From a virus (taxonomy: Duplodnaviria > Caudoviricetes): a stretch of DNA of 55,883 bases. How positions within the stretch are numbered: position 1 is the first letter of the stretch; each line of letters starts with the position of its first letter. The notes below the pieces were generated by a model. The model had not been told where the DNA came from. It did not search any database and saw nothing but the letters and a program-made list of their open reading frames with translations. Below are positions 46,586-55,883 of the stretch, one piece after another. Position numbers and translations under genes: made by a program. Location: positions 1 to 55,883 of the IMG/VR virus record IMGVR_UViG_3300037961_005406; one strand, 5' to 3'.

Positions 46586-48745
46586 ATGCCTTTAACAAAA
46601 GTAAATATAGCTCCAGGATTTAATAAACAAGTCACTCAAACAGGTGCCGAAGGCCAATGGACTGATGGTGATTTTGTTAGATTTAGATACGGACTACCTG
46701 AAAAAATAGGTGGTTGGGAACAGATTGTAGACAATAGTTTAGTAGGAGCTGCAAGAGATCAATTTGTATGGGCAGATTTAGATGGCAGAAGATATGCAGC
46801 TATAGGAACTAATAAACTTTTAGTTATATATTATGAAGGTGCCTTTTATGATATTACACCACTTGGTACAGCTTTAACAGGATGTACATTTGACACCGTA
46901 AATACTTCAGCGACAGTTACTGTAAACAAACCTGCACATGGTTTAGAACCTGGAGACATATTTTTATTTTCATCTGTCACACCTCCAACAGGAGCTGGTT
47001 ATTCTGCAGGAGATTTTACAACAAATCCTTTTCAAGTAGTTACTGTTCCAGGAAGTGATGAGTTTACTATAACTATGGCAAGTGCTGCTGGAACTACGGT
47101 GAATGCAAGCGGATCAGCTATAGTTACACCTTATATAAAACCTGGTGCTTTAGGTTTTACTTATGGCTTTGGTTGGGGCACAGGATTATGGGGAGGTGGC
47201 CAACAAGTATTTAGCACATTGAATGGAGCTTTATTAGATGACACAGCAGGTACAGGTGGATCGGGAACCTCAATTACGCTTGCATCAACTACAGGCTTTC
47301 CATCATCAGGAACAATAAAAGTTGGAGCAGAATTTATTTCATACACAGGTATTTCATCAAATGATCTCACAGGAATTACGAGAGCTGCAGCGGGAACAAG
47401 ATCTGCACACTCGAGTGGATCAGGTGTTGAAGTATTTACAGGATGGGGAATAGCTTCACTATCTCAAACTTTAACAACAGATCCTGCTTCATGGTCATTA
47501 GATAATTTTGGAGAACAATTAATTGCAACTATTAAAAATGGTCAGTCTTTTTCATGGAATCCAATTAACTCTAACCCCAATGCTCTTACAACAAGAGCTA
47601 CAGTAATTAGTAATGCACCAACAGCTTCCGTCATGTCATTAGTTTCAGATAGAGATAGACATTTAATAATGCTAGGAACCGAGACAACCATTGGTTCTAC
47701 AGGAACACAAGACAAATTATTTATAAGATTTTCTGATCAAGAAAATATTAGTAACTATACACCTACCTCAGTGAATACTGCTGGAACATTTAGATTAGAC
47801 TCTGGAACCAAAATTGTAGGAGCTGTAAAAGGAAAAGATTATACATTTATTTTAACAGATAATGCTGCGTACGTTATGCAGTTTGTTGGTCCTCCATTTA
47901 CTTTTTCTATTAGACAAGTTGGGTCTAATTGTGGATGTATCGGTCAACACGCTATGAAATATGTTAACGGTGCAGTTTATTGGATGGGAGAATCTGGCGG
48001 TTTTTTTGTTTATGATGGTACAGTAAAATCTTTACCTTGCGCAGTTGAAGATTTTGTATTTACAACTAAAAATGGTAGTAATTTAGGAGTCAACTATCAA
48101 AATGGTGAATCAGTTTTTGTTGGTTTAAATCATCTTTATGAAGAAATTACATGGTTTTATCCAAAAAGTGGATCTGATTTTGTAGATAGATGTGTTACTT
48201 TTAACTATCAAGATGGAACATGGGTAACAGGATCTTTGGCGAGAACGACTTGGGTAGATGCTAATTTATATGACGTACCTTATGCAACGGAGTATAACTC
48301 TACAGGAACACCTACTTTTCCTACAGTACAAGGTATAACAAATATAAATGGATCTACAATTTATTATGCTCATGAAACAGGAGTAGATCAAGTAGATACT
48401 TCTGGAAACAAAACTGCTATTCCAGCATTTATAGAATCAGGAGATTTTAGTTTAAATCCTGACGGCACAAACGCTGAAATATTTATGAGTATGAGAAGAT
48501 TTGTTCCTGATTTTAAAACCATTCAAGGAAATGCTCAAGTAACAATATTGCTTAGAAATTTTCCTGTAGACACAGAAGTATCGTCTCCATTAGGCCCATT
48601 CACGGTCACCGGATCAACACAAAAGGTAGATACAAGAGCAAGAGCTAGATTTGCTAGTTTAAAAATAGCTAACACATCGACTGATGAAAATTGGCGTTTT
48701 GGAACTTTTAGAGCTGATATACAACCAGATGGAGCTAGAGGATAA
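46586..48745 (+). CDS. Tail tubular protein B / nozzle-like protein
   Basis: 719 aa; VRFRYG.PEKIGGW...IRFSDQE...TAG.FRL...EITWFYP...RFVPDF...R.RAR; beta-propeller-like composition. Confidence 0.8.
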   Translation: MPLTKVNIAPGFNKQVTQTGAEGQWTDGDFVRFRYGLPEKIGGWEQIVDNSLVGAARDQFVWADLDGRRYAAIGTNKLLVIYYEGAFYDITPLGTALTGCTFDTVNTSATVTVNKPAHGLEPGDIFLFSSVTPPTGAGYSAGDFTTNPFQVVTVPGSDEFTITMASAAGTTVNASGSAIVTPYIKPGALGFTYGFGWGTGLWGGGQQVFSTLNGALLDDTAGTGGSGTSITLASTTGFPSSGTIKVGAEFISYTGISSNDLTGITRAAAGTRSAHSSGSGVEVFTGWGIASLSQTLTTDPASWSLDNFGEQLIATIKNGQSFSWNPINSNPNALTTRATVISNAPTASVMSLVSDRDRHLIMLGTETTIGSTGTQDKLFIRFSDQENISNYTPTSVNTAGTFRLDSGTKIVGAVKGKDYTFILTDNAAYVMQFVGPPFTFSIRQVGSNCGCIGQHAMKYVNGAVYWMGESGGFFVYDGTVKSLPCAVEDFVFTTKNGSNLGVNYQNGESVFVGLNHLYEEITWFYPKSGSDFVDRCVTFNYQDGTWVTGSLARTTWVDANLYDVPYATEYNSTGTPTFPTVQGITNINGSTIYYAHETGVDQVDTSGNKTAIPAFIESGDFSLNPDGTNAEIFMSMRRFVPDFKTIQGNAQVTILLRNFPVDTEVSSPLGPFTVTGSTQKVDTRARARFASLKIANTSTDENWRFGTFRADIQPDGARG

Positions 48746-48909
48746 TGGCTAGAGTAGATATTGTAATACCTGAACCTACACCGATATATACTGAAGAAAA
48801 CCAAAGGCAGGTAACCCAGTCTTTACGAACGATGCAAGATAAGTTAAACACTTCTTATCAACAAGAATTAAAAAATGAACAAGATTCCTTTAATTATTTT
48901 TTATCATGA
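48745..48909 (+). CDS. Small virion-associated protein (54 aa)
   Basis: TAATG and ATGA coupling; MARVDIVIPEPTPIY... Confidence 0.6.
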   Translation: MARVDIVIPEPTPIYTEENQRQVTQSLRTMQDKLNTSYQQELKNEQDSFNYFLS

Positions 48910-49244
48910 CAATTAGATACAAAAGCGATACGTTTAATTTAGACACAACTAATGTGACTACTATTTTAACCTGCCCAAATGATGCAACAATACTAGTTAA
49001 AAATATTGAAGCAGTTCATAACACAGCAAGCAATGTGGATACTGACTTATTTATTAGAAAATCTGGTGCGGGTTCAGATATACAAGTTGCACATAAACAA
49101 TTAAACAAGGAAACTTTTAATTTTGCACTACAAACTATAAATTTAGAGGCTAGTGATATTCTAAAAATGCAAGCAGACACTGCTAATGAAATTTCAGGAT
49201 TAGTAAGTTATGCCTTAATAGATAGATCACAGGAAAATGGCTAG
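48906..49244 (+). CDS. Small virion structural protein
   Basis: T.P...T..VK.I...INLEASDILK pattern. Confidence 0.65.
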   Translation: MTIRYKSDTFNLDTTNVTTILTCPNDATILVKNIEAVHNTASNVDTDLFIRKSGAGSDIQVAHKQLNKETFNFALQTINLEASDILKMQADTANEISGLVSYALIDRSQENG

Positions 49245-49365
49245 ACAAAAATTTGTAAATTTTGTTCCACGTCCGAAACCTCCTAAGAGGCCAAGAAGAC
49301 ATAAAAAAAGACTTAACAAAAGTGAAAAACGCAGTTATAAAAGATATAATAACCAAGGTAGATAA
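49237..49365 (+). CDS. Small Pro/Arg/Lys-rich peptide (42 aa)
   Basis: MARQKFVNFVPRPKPPKRPRRHKKRLNKSEKRSYKRYNNQGR; coupled on both sides. Confidence 0.6.
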   Translation: MARQKFVNFVPRPKPPKRPRRHKKRLNKSEKRSYKRYNNQGR

Positions 49366-50021
49366 TGTATTTTCCAATAACTGTTGTAGATAATTTTTAT
49401 AACGATTTTAATAAAATTATTAAATATGTAAATAATTTAGAGTTTTATGAAAAAACTCAACACACAATGCCAGGATTGCAAACACAAAATTTAAAAGATT
49501 TAAATATAAATTTATATAAAGAAGTTATAAGTAAAGTTCTTGCTACTTATTATAATAGATTCACAATTGAAAATATAAATTTTGAATGTCGTACCTCATT
49601 TGAAAAAATGATACCTTATGGTAAGGATTATAATAAAGAAGGTTGGATTCATTCTGATGATACAAACAAATTATCAGGCATTTTATACCTACAAGGAGAT
49701 TTAGATGACGGTACTTCTTTTTATAAAAACAAAAATGTGGGTTTATTTGATAAGGAGAAATTAAAATATAAGCATGCTCTTTATGGGGGAGAATTAATAA
49801 GTCCAGATTTATATAATAAAAATTTACAAAATCACAATTCACAATTTGAGGAAATACTAAATATACCTTGCATTCCAAATAGATTAGTGTTATTTGATTC
49901 TTCTATGTTGCATAAAAGTAATGGATTGGGTAAAATAGAAAAACCAAGAATTATACAAACTTTTTTCTTTGGTTCTATTTTGGCAGATAGTTTTCCTATT
50001 CCAGAAATAAAAAGATATTGA
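49365..50021 (+). CDS. 2OG-Fe(II) oxygenase (DUF6445-like)
   Basis: VVDNFY...PG...WIHSD...GILYL...GTSFY...NRLVLFDS..LH....R..Q.FF. Confidence 0.8.
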   Translation: MYFPITVVDNFYNDFNKIIKYVNNLEFYEKTQHTMPGLQTQNLKDLNINLYKEVISKVLATYYNRFTIENINFECRTSFEKMIPYGKDYNKEGWIHSDDTNKLSGILYLQGDLDDGTSFYKNKNVGLFDKEKLKYKHALYGGELISPDLYNKNLQNHNSQFEEILNIPCIPNRLVLFDSSMLHKSNGLGKIEKPRIIQTFFFGSILADSFPIPEIKRY

Positions 50022-50031
50022 GGAGGATATA

Positions 50032-50232
50032 ATGAGTGATTTACCAAAAATACCAGCAGTTGCCAAAGAGATTATAAAAAATAAAAGAACAGGTAAGGTT
50101 TATGATAGTAAAGATCATTTTGATGCTGATGTTGCTGATCCCAATACTGATACTACTGTGGATGATTTTAGACAGGACTTAGAAATTAAAGTTACACGAG
50201 CTGGCAGTATTGGTGCAAAAACAAAAAAATAA
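50032..50232 (+). CDS. Conserved small phage protein
   Basis: GAGG RBS; NKRTGKVY...ADV.DPNTDT. Confidence 0.65.
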   Translation: MSDLPKIPAVAKEIIKNKRTGKVYDSKDHFDADVADPNTDTTVDDFRQDLEIKVTRAGSIGAKTKK

Positions 50233-51161
50233 TGAAACCAAGAGGCGCAACAGAAATACAACAAGAGTTTCTTGAAAAATATGTATCTAAAGATTTATTA
50301 GATAAGTTTCAAATATGTACATCTATACCAGGAAAAGTTCCGTTAGACCCCAATAAAATAAATATACTTTGGCAAAAAAATTCTTGGGATCAACCAAACC
50401 TTCAAAGTTTTTTTAGAGACAAAAATAGACACCACGAATACGATTGGTATATTTTTAATTCACATTGGTGTTATGAAAAATTTAGATATTTTTTTCAAAT
50501 ACCTGAAGACAAATCTATTGTAATTAAAAATGGTGCTAGTCATTTTCCAAAAAGAAAAATATATAAAAAAGGAGATCCTATAAAAATTATACACCATTGT
50601 ACTCCTTGGAGAGGTCTTAATGTTTTGTTACTTGCAATGCAATATGTTAGGAATAAAAACGTAACTCTCGATGTCTATAGTTCAAATCAAGTGTATGGAA
50701 GTGAATTTGCTAAAAGAGTAAACAAAGACACAGAGGCTTTGTTTGATCAAGCAAAAAAATTACCAAATGTAAATTATATAGGATACAAACCAAATGAATA
50801 TATACTAGAACATATGACAGATTACGATTTATTTGTTTACCCATCCATATTTGAAGAAACCTTTTGTGCTTCTGCTCTAGAAGCACTTGCTTCAGGAGTT
50901 CATGTTATAACAACAAACTTCGGAGCTTTACCTGAAACTTGCGCAGAATGGCCTGTGTATGTAAATTATACAGGTAATTTACAAATGTTAGCTATTACAG
51001 TTGCTAATGCCATAGATTCAGCTGCTGAATATTTACACACGGATACAATACAAAATCATTTAGAAGAACAACAAAAATACTATAAAAAATTTTATAGTTG
51101 GGATAAAAAAGCTATGGAATGGACAAACTTTTTGAAAGGAGCTATAAGTGTCAAGCAATAA
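50232..51161 (+). CDS. Glycosyltransferase (GT-B, family 4-like)
   Basis: FNS.W...I.NG...TPWRGL...YPS.FEETFC.SALEA.A.G...TT..GALPET. Confidence 0.88.
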   Translation: MKPRGATEIQQEFLEKYVSKDLLDKFQICTSIPGKVPLDPNKINILWQKNSWDQPNLQSFFRDKNRHHEYDWYIFNSHWCYEKFRYFFQIPEDKSIVIKNGASHFPKRKIYKKGDPIKIIHHCTPWRGLNVLLLAMQYVRNKNVTLDVYSSNQVYGSEFAKRVNKDTEALFDQAKKLPNVNYIGYKPNEYILEHMTDYDLFVYPSIFEETFCASALEALASGVHVITTNFGALPETCAEWPVYVNYTGNLQMLAITVANAIDSAAEYLHTDTIQNHLEEQQKYYKKFYSWDKKAMEWTNFLKGAISVKQ

Positions 51162-52023
51162 ATACATTAATGAAGATACATATCAAACATTACAAGAAGT
51201 AAATATTGAACCTCAATCAAATTACGAAAAATCAATAGAACCATTGTGGAAAGAAAATAAAGATCAATACAAAGATGTAGAGGTTTTTGTTGCAACACCT
51301 GTTCATAGTGAAGTTTCTATACATTACACACAAGCTTTAATAGAATTTCAACAAGAGTGTTTTAAAAACAGACTTAAAGTTTCTTTTCATTTAATTAAAT
51401 CATCTTTAGTAACACAAGGAAGAAATTTATCTGTAGCTGGGTTCTTAGAATCAAGAGCAACTCATTTGTTGTTTATTGATTCAGATATATATTTTCAAGG
51501 TAAATCTATATTTGCCATGCTAAAAGCAGATAAACATATTATATCTGTACCTTATCCTTTAAAAACTTTAATGTGGGAAAAAGCATTTGCTAAAATGCAA
51601 GAAGGTAAAATAAAATCACCTGATGATATTAGAAGAGCTTTACATACTTATCCTATGAAAGTTCCTGATCCTAATAATATAAAACTTGATAAAGGTATTA
51701 TGGAAGTTACTGATTCTCCAACAGGATGTATGTTAATTAAAAGAGAAGTAATAGAAAAAATGATAGAGAAATATCCTGAAAAAGAGATAGTACAAAAGAC
51801 TGTTATCAATGGTAAGTATGTCAACAAACCTAATATGTGGAACTTTTTTGATACCTTACATGATCCTAAAGAGAAGACTTATAATGGTGAAGATTTTGCT
51901 TTTTGCAAGCTATGGAGAGATCTAGGTGGTAAGTGTCATGCATATATTAATGATGCCATAGTTCATGTAGGAGAACACCAATATCAAGGTAAGTTTTACG
52001 ATGAGTTGATATCAGCCAAGTAA
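51148..52023 (+). CDS. Glycosyltransferase-like protein (GT-A fold)
   Basis: VATP...SSLV..GRN...THLLFIDSD (DxD)...TGCMLIKR...GEDFAFC..W. Confidence 0.8.
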   Translation: MSSNKYINEDTYQTLQEVNIEPQSNYEKSIEPLWKENKDQYKDVEVFVATPVHSEVSIHYTQALIEFQQECFKNRLKVSFHLIKSSLVTQGRNLSVAGFLESRATHLLFIDSDIYFQGKSIFAMLKADKHIISVPYPLKTLMWEKAFAKMQEGKIKSPDDIRRALHTYPMKVPDPNNIKLDKGIMEVTDSPTGCMLIKREVIEKMIEKYPEKEIVQKTVINGKYVNKPNMWNFFDTLHDPKEKTYNGEDFAFCKLWRDLGGKCHAYINDAIVHVGEHQYQGKFYDELISAK

Positions 52024-52058
52024 AATGATATTATTATCCATATTTAAGAGAAAAAATT

Positions 52059-52988
52059 ATGGATCCATTTACTATAGCATTAGCCACATTTGGTGTACAA
52101 AAACTTCGAGGAAAATCAACTAAAAGATCTTTAAGAGATGCTTTATTTGCTGGAGGTCTAGGTCAACTAGGTGGCATGGCAGGTGTTGGTGGACTTAAAT
52201 CATTCGGCACAGGACAGATAGCAGGAAATACAATAGGTCAACAATTTATGAATACAGCACCTATGAGACTCGCAAGTAGTATTAATCCTTTTGCACGAAA
52301 ACAACTTCCTGGACCTGATGTGATTACAGGTGGAAATCAATCTAAAGGATTAGCTGAATTTTTACCAAAAAGCACAGCAGGTAAGGTTAGTTTATTTGCT
52401 GGTAGTATACCTTTATTATCAGCTTTAGGTGATGACGAAGTTGTAACAAATCAAATGCCTGCATATAATAAAAATTACAAAAAATTAATTGATAGTGGTT
52501 TTGCAGGAACACCTACAGGTTTTATGACTAGAGCATATAATGCAGATGGTTCTTTTTCTGATACACCATTAGAAGACGCAAGCACTTATCAATCCGTAGA
52601 AGAAATACTAGATGAAGATCAAAAACCTACAGGATTAAAGACAGGTGGTATTGCAAACATACAAAAATTTAATGAAGGAGGTCACACAGCCTTACCTTCA
52701 AAAGCGTCTCATGATGAGAAAGATCCAAGTAATTATGTAAGAGCTCATGGCTATGTTACAGATGCGGCAGGTGTTGGAGACGAAAATGAAGATACTATGT
52801 TAGCTCAACTAGCTGATGGTGAGTTTGTATCTAGATCTGCAGCAGTAAGAGGAGCAGGAATTTTAGCAGGAGCTAGTGTTTCAAATAGAGAAGAACAAAG
52901 AAAAAAAGGAGCTGAGTTTTTCTATGAACAACAAAGCCGTTTTAAAAGAATTATGGATTTATTAGATGCAAGTAGAAAAGACAATTAA
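52059..52988 (+). CDS. Internal virion protein with C-terminal GEFV domain
   Basis: Gly-rich hydrophobic N-terminus; LKTGG, FNEGG, then G.G....DT..AQLADGEFV....AVRG.G. Confidence 0.65.
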   Translation: MDPFTIALATFGVQKLRGKSTKRSLRDALFAGGLGQLGGMAGVGGLKSFGTGQIAGNTIGQQFMNTAPMRLASSINPFARKQLPGPDVITGGNQSKGLAEFLPKSTAGKVSLFAGSIPLLSALGDDEVVTNQMPAYNKNYKKLIDSGFAGTPTGFMTRAYNADGSFSDTPLEDASTYQSVEEILDEDQKPTGLKTGGIANIQKFNEGGHTALPSKASHDEKDPSNYVRAHGYVTDAAGVGDENEDTMLAQLADGEFVSRSAAVRGAGILAGASVSNREEQRKKGAEFFYEQQSRFKRIMDLLDASRKDN

Positions 52989-53427
52989 ACCTGAAGTAGA
53001 TGTTTTGTGCATCAAACCAAAAGAGGTAGATACATTCTGGCCTCTTGTAGAGTTTTTAATTGCTGAAGCATTAAAGTTTAGTGGTCAATATGCAGATGCT
53101 AAACATATTAAACAATTAATAAAAAAGAACATAATGCATTTATGGATTATGTTTGGAACAGATGAGGATGGAGAAAACAAAGTTTTTGGTTGTTGCACAA
53201 GTAGATTTTTTGACAATCCTAACTACAAAGAATTACAAGGATTAATATGTACAGGTAAGAAAATGAGTCTTTGGTCAGATAAATTAGTAAATCAATTAGA
53301 AGAGTTTGCTAAAATAAATAACTGTAAAAGAATTACAGCTTTGATGAGACCTGGATATAAAAAAGTTATGAGTAAATATGGTTGGAAAATTAAACATTAT
53401 GAATTTCAAAAGGAGTTAAAGAAATGA
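52966..53427 (+). CDS. GNAT-fold-like protein in the internal-protein module
   Basis: W..V..LI..AL...LW...G...W...LE.FAK..NC..I....RPG..K; position comparable to T7 gp13. Confidence 0.55.
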   Translation: MQVEKTIKPEVDVLCIKPKEVDTFWPLVEFLIAEALKFSGQYADAKHIKQLIKKNIMHLWIMFGTDEDGENKVFGCCTSRFFDNPNYKELQGLICTGKKMSLWSDKLVNQLEEFAKINNCKRITALMRPGYKKVMSKYGWKIKHYEFQKELKK

Positions 53428-54317
53428 GTATATTCGGCGGCGGAGGAGGCGGCGGAGGCGGTGGCACTCAGCCTTCTACAACAACACAATACATAAGAGA
53501 AGCACCAGGTATAGAGGAAAGAAAACTTGGTTTGATGGACATTGCTTCATCACTTGCTCAAACACCTGTTAATATCCCTGCTATTAATGTTGCCCCAATG
53601 GGTGCTTTAGAGCAACAAGGTATTACAGCTTCTGGAGTTACAGGTGTTGGTCAACCAACAGTTAGTTCTGCTGTATCAGGAGTACAAGGAGCAATGGCTC
53701 CTGTAGGTGCACAACAAATTTCACAATTTTTAAATCCATATCAATCTTATGTTACAGATGAAATTGGAAGACAATCACAAATGATGCAAAACCAATTAGG
53801 TGCACAAGCAATAAGATCGGGAGCATTTGGTGGTGGAAGAGAAGGAGTTCAACAAGCAGAACTTCAAGGTAGAGCATTAGAAGCCATGGGTAGAGCGCAA
53901 GCTCAAGGTTTTAACACTGCGTTAGGTGCAGCTCAAAACCAACAAAGAATAGGATTACAAGGTGGTCAATTATTAGGTGCATTAGGTCAGCAACAACAAA
54001 ATATGGCGCAAGCAGATATTAATCAGTTGATGGCTGCGGGTGGTTTACAAAGACAGTTAGGTCAACAAGCTTTAGATGCACAAAGACAAACTGAATTACA
54101 AAGAGCATACGAACCATTCCAAAGAGCTGAGTTTTTAAAAAATATATATGCTGCTGGACCAACATCTCAATCTGCTTTAACGCAAACTACTACGCCAGCG
54201 GCCACCGGCAACCCATTAGCACAAGCGGCGGGAGCAGGACTTGGAGCATATGCAACTTATTCGATGTTAAATAAAAACCCTACAGCCGCGTCAATGGCCT
54301 TGGGTAGAACAATATAG
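53424..54317 (+). CDS. Internal virion / DNA-transfer protein
   Basis: Gly/Gln/Ala-rich; FLNPYQ..V...GAFGGGR...L...G..Q. Confidence 0.7.
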   Translation: MSIFGGGGGGGGGGTQPSTTTQYIREAPGIEERKLGLMDIASSLAQTPVNIPAINVAPMGALEQQGITASGVTGVGQPTVSSAVSGVQGAMAPVGAQQISQFLNPYQSYVTDEIGRQSQMMQNQLGAQAIRSGAFGGGREGVQQAELQGRALEAMGRAQAQGFNTALGAAQNQQRIGLQGGQLLGALGQQQQNMAQADINQLMAAGGLQRQLGQQALDAQRQTELQRAYEPFQRAEFLKNIYAAGPTSQSALTQTTTPAATGNPLAQAAGAGLGAYATYSMLNKNPTAASMALGRTI

Positions 54318-54325
54318 GTAGTTTA

Positions 54326-55883
54326 ATGGACAAAACATTAAACAGGCCTCTATTTAAAAAAAGAGCACAGGAGATTCATCAACAAGTGAATCCTAAACAA
54401 GTGCCTAAATTTTTCTTAGGTGGGATTATGTCAGCAGGTCAAATGGCAAGTAGAGCTATAGCTCCTGCTTACAATTTTCTTGCACCTAGAGTTTCTGCTT
54501 TTATGAACAAACCTGCAGTTGCAACAGGCTTAGTTGGACTAGAAGGTTATGGTATTGGAGTAGGATCTAGAGATATGGCAGAAGGTATTGTTGAAGGAGA
54601 CACAGGTAAATTTTTACAAGGTGCTTCTCTTGCTGTGCCTGGTGCTGCTTTCTTACCATCATCTGCAAAACGATCTGGTATACAAGCTTTAAGAGAAACA
54701 GGAGAATATTTAACTCCTAGAATGACAGGAGCTACACAATCATTAGTTAGAAATCCTGGAAAGACGGCCATAGGATCTATTGGAACAGGTATTACAGGAG
54801 CTATGTTATCTCCAGACGTTATTTCTGAAATTAAACCATCAGAAATGTCTAATGAAGATTATGCAAAAGATATTCAAGAAAGATTAATTTATCAAGAAAG
54901 ACCTAAATACGAACCTGATCCTAAAAAAAGAGTTACAGAAAATTTAAAAGAGTACAGAGAGAAAGCAAAAGATTTTCAACCAAAAGTTATTGGTATTGAA
55001 AATCCATTAACTGAAGGTGAAAAACAATTAGATGCACAATTAAAACAAATTAATTCTATTAACGAAGTTGCAGATAAATTAGGTATTAATCCAAATGAAG
55101 CAACAGAAGATCAGTTAAAACAAATAGCTGTTGAATCAAATGTAGATCTTAGCACTTTACAGAAAATGGTTACTCCAAAAGATGACAGTATCACACCTCC
55201 TGGAAATGATGGTGTTCCAATTATTACAGGTAATGAAGGTGAAGCAGAAACTCAATACTTAGTAGATAAAAGAAAAAGAGATGTTGCTGGAGGTAAAGAA
55301 ATATCTAATTCAGGAACTTTAGCAGGTCAGTTCCAAGAGTTTAAAAATAAATTAAATGAAATTACAGGTTCAAGTAATGAGAACTTAAATAACTTGTTAA
55401 TGATGAGAGCTGCAGGTCAATTGCTTGCAGGTAAATCACCTGAATCAGGTGTGAGAGGATTTTTAGATATTGCAGGTCAAACAATGGGATCTACAGCTGA
55501 TGTGCTTATTGGTCTTAAAATGAAACAACAAGATTCAGATATGAAATTAGCACAAGCTTTCTTAAAAATGAAATCTGATAAAGCTAAAGGCCAAGGAATG
55601 TTAACAGGTGGAGATAAAACAGTTAGAGTAAGTGATCCAAGTGTACCAGGTGGTTTTAGAAATGTCAGAGTATCTTTAGGTAAAGACAATAAGTTTTATG
55701 AAAGAATTTTAAACCCTGATGGATCACAAGGTTTTGTTGAAGCAAACTTTACAGGAACTGATGTAAAAAGAAATGATGAGAAACTTAACAAAGCTTTAAT
55801 GGGTCTAGAAGACAATAGACGTGGTGGTAAAATGGTAGAGTTTGTAATTCAAAATGCATCACAAGGTGGTACTAAAGCTGCTA
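54326..55883 (+). CDS. Large internal virion protein (runs off the window)
   Basis: Not in the ORF track. Starts MDKTLNRPLFKKR...PKFFLGGIM; appears open to the window end. Confidence 0.7.
   Translation, partial: MDKTLNRPLFKKRAQEIHQQVNPKQVPKFFLGGIMSAGQMASRAIAPAYNFLAPRVSAFMNKPAVATGLVGLEGYGIGVGSRDMAEGIVEGDTGKFLQGASLAVPGAAFLPSSAKRSGIQALRETGEYLTPRMTGATQSLVRNPGKTAIGSIGTGITGAMLSPDVISEIKPSEMSNEDYAKDIQERLIYQERPKYEPDPKKRVTENLKEYREKAKDFQPKVIGIENPLTEGEKQLDAQLKQINSINEVADKLGINPNEATEDQLKQIAVESNVDLSTLQKMVTPKDDSITPPGNDGVPIITGNEGEAETQYLVDKRKRDVAGGKEISNSGTLAGQFQEFKNKLNEITGSSNENLNNLLMMRAAGQLLAGKSPESGVRGFLDIAGQTMGSTADVLIGLKMKQQDSDMKLAQAFLKMKSDKAKGQGMLTGGDKTVRVSDPSVPGGFRNVRVSLGKDNKFYERILNPDGSQGFVEANFTGTDVKRNDEKLNKALMGLEDNRRGGKMVEFVIQNASQGGTKAA

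Overview
The window is most of the genome of a low-GC, tailed dsDNA bacteriophage with podovirus-like architecture. Its gene content and order resemble marine Pelagibacter/SAR11 phages of the HTVC023P / vSAG 37-F6 kind; I inferred this from recalled motifs, not a database search. Left to right: (1) a replication module with SF2/SNF2 helicase, putative SSB, AEP-type primase, UvrD helicase, DUF3310 and family A DNA polymerase with Leu at the 762 position; (2) small accessory and regulatory genes; (3) a leftward DNA-modification operon with a C5-cytosine methyltransferase, a PAPS-reductase-like protein and an XF1762/Mom-like protein; (4) terS, then about 4.5 kb of promoter- and repeat-rich small genes, then terL; (5) portal, GroES, scaffold, capsid genes, lysis genes, tail and internal virion genes. 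AT-rich 2OG-Fe(II) oxygenase, flavin halogenase, methyltransferase and glycosyltransferase genes are interspersed. The most unusual observations are: a C5-MTase whose motif IX and three tandem WxTP modules lie in a second, fully overlapping reading frame; strand-specific CTCGTT arrays in six repeated modules between terS and terL; a shared hydrophobic-x-x-G-G tag (plus a YYxD/G tag) on about ten late proteins, with one GEFV domain protein as possible partner; and an unannotated ArfA-like 50-aa peptide. I found no tRNA, rRNA, CRISPR array or integrase.
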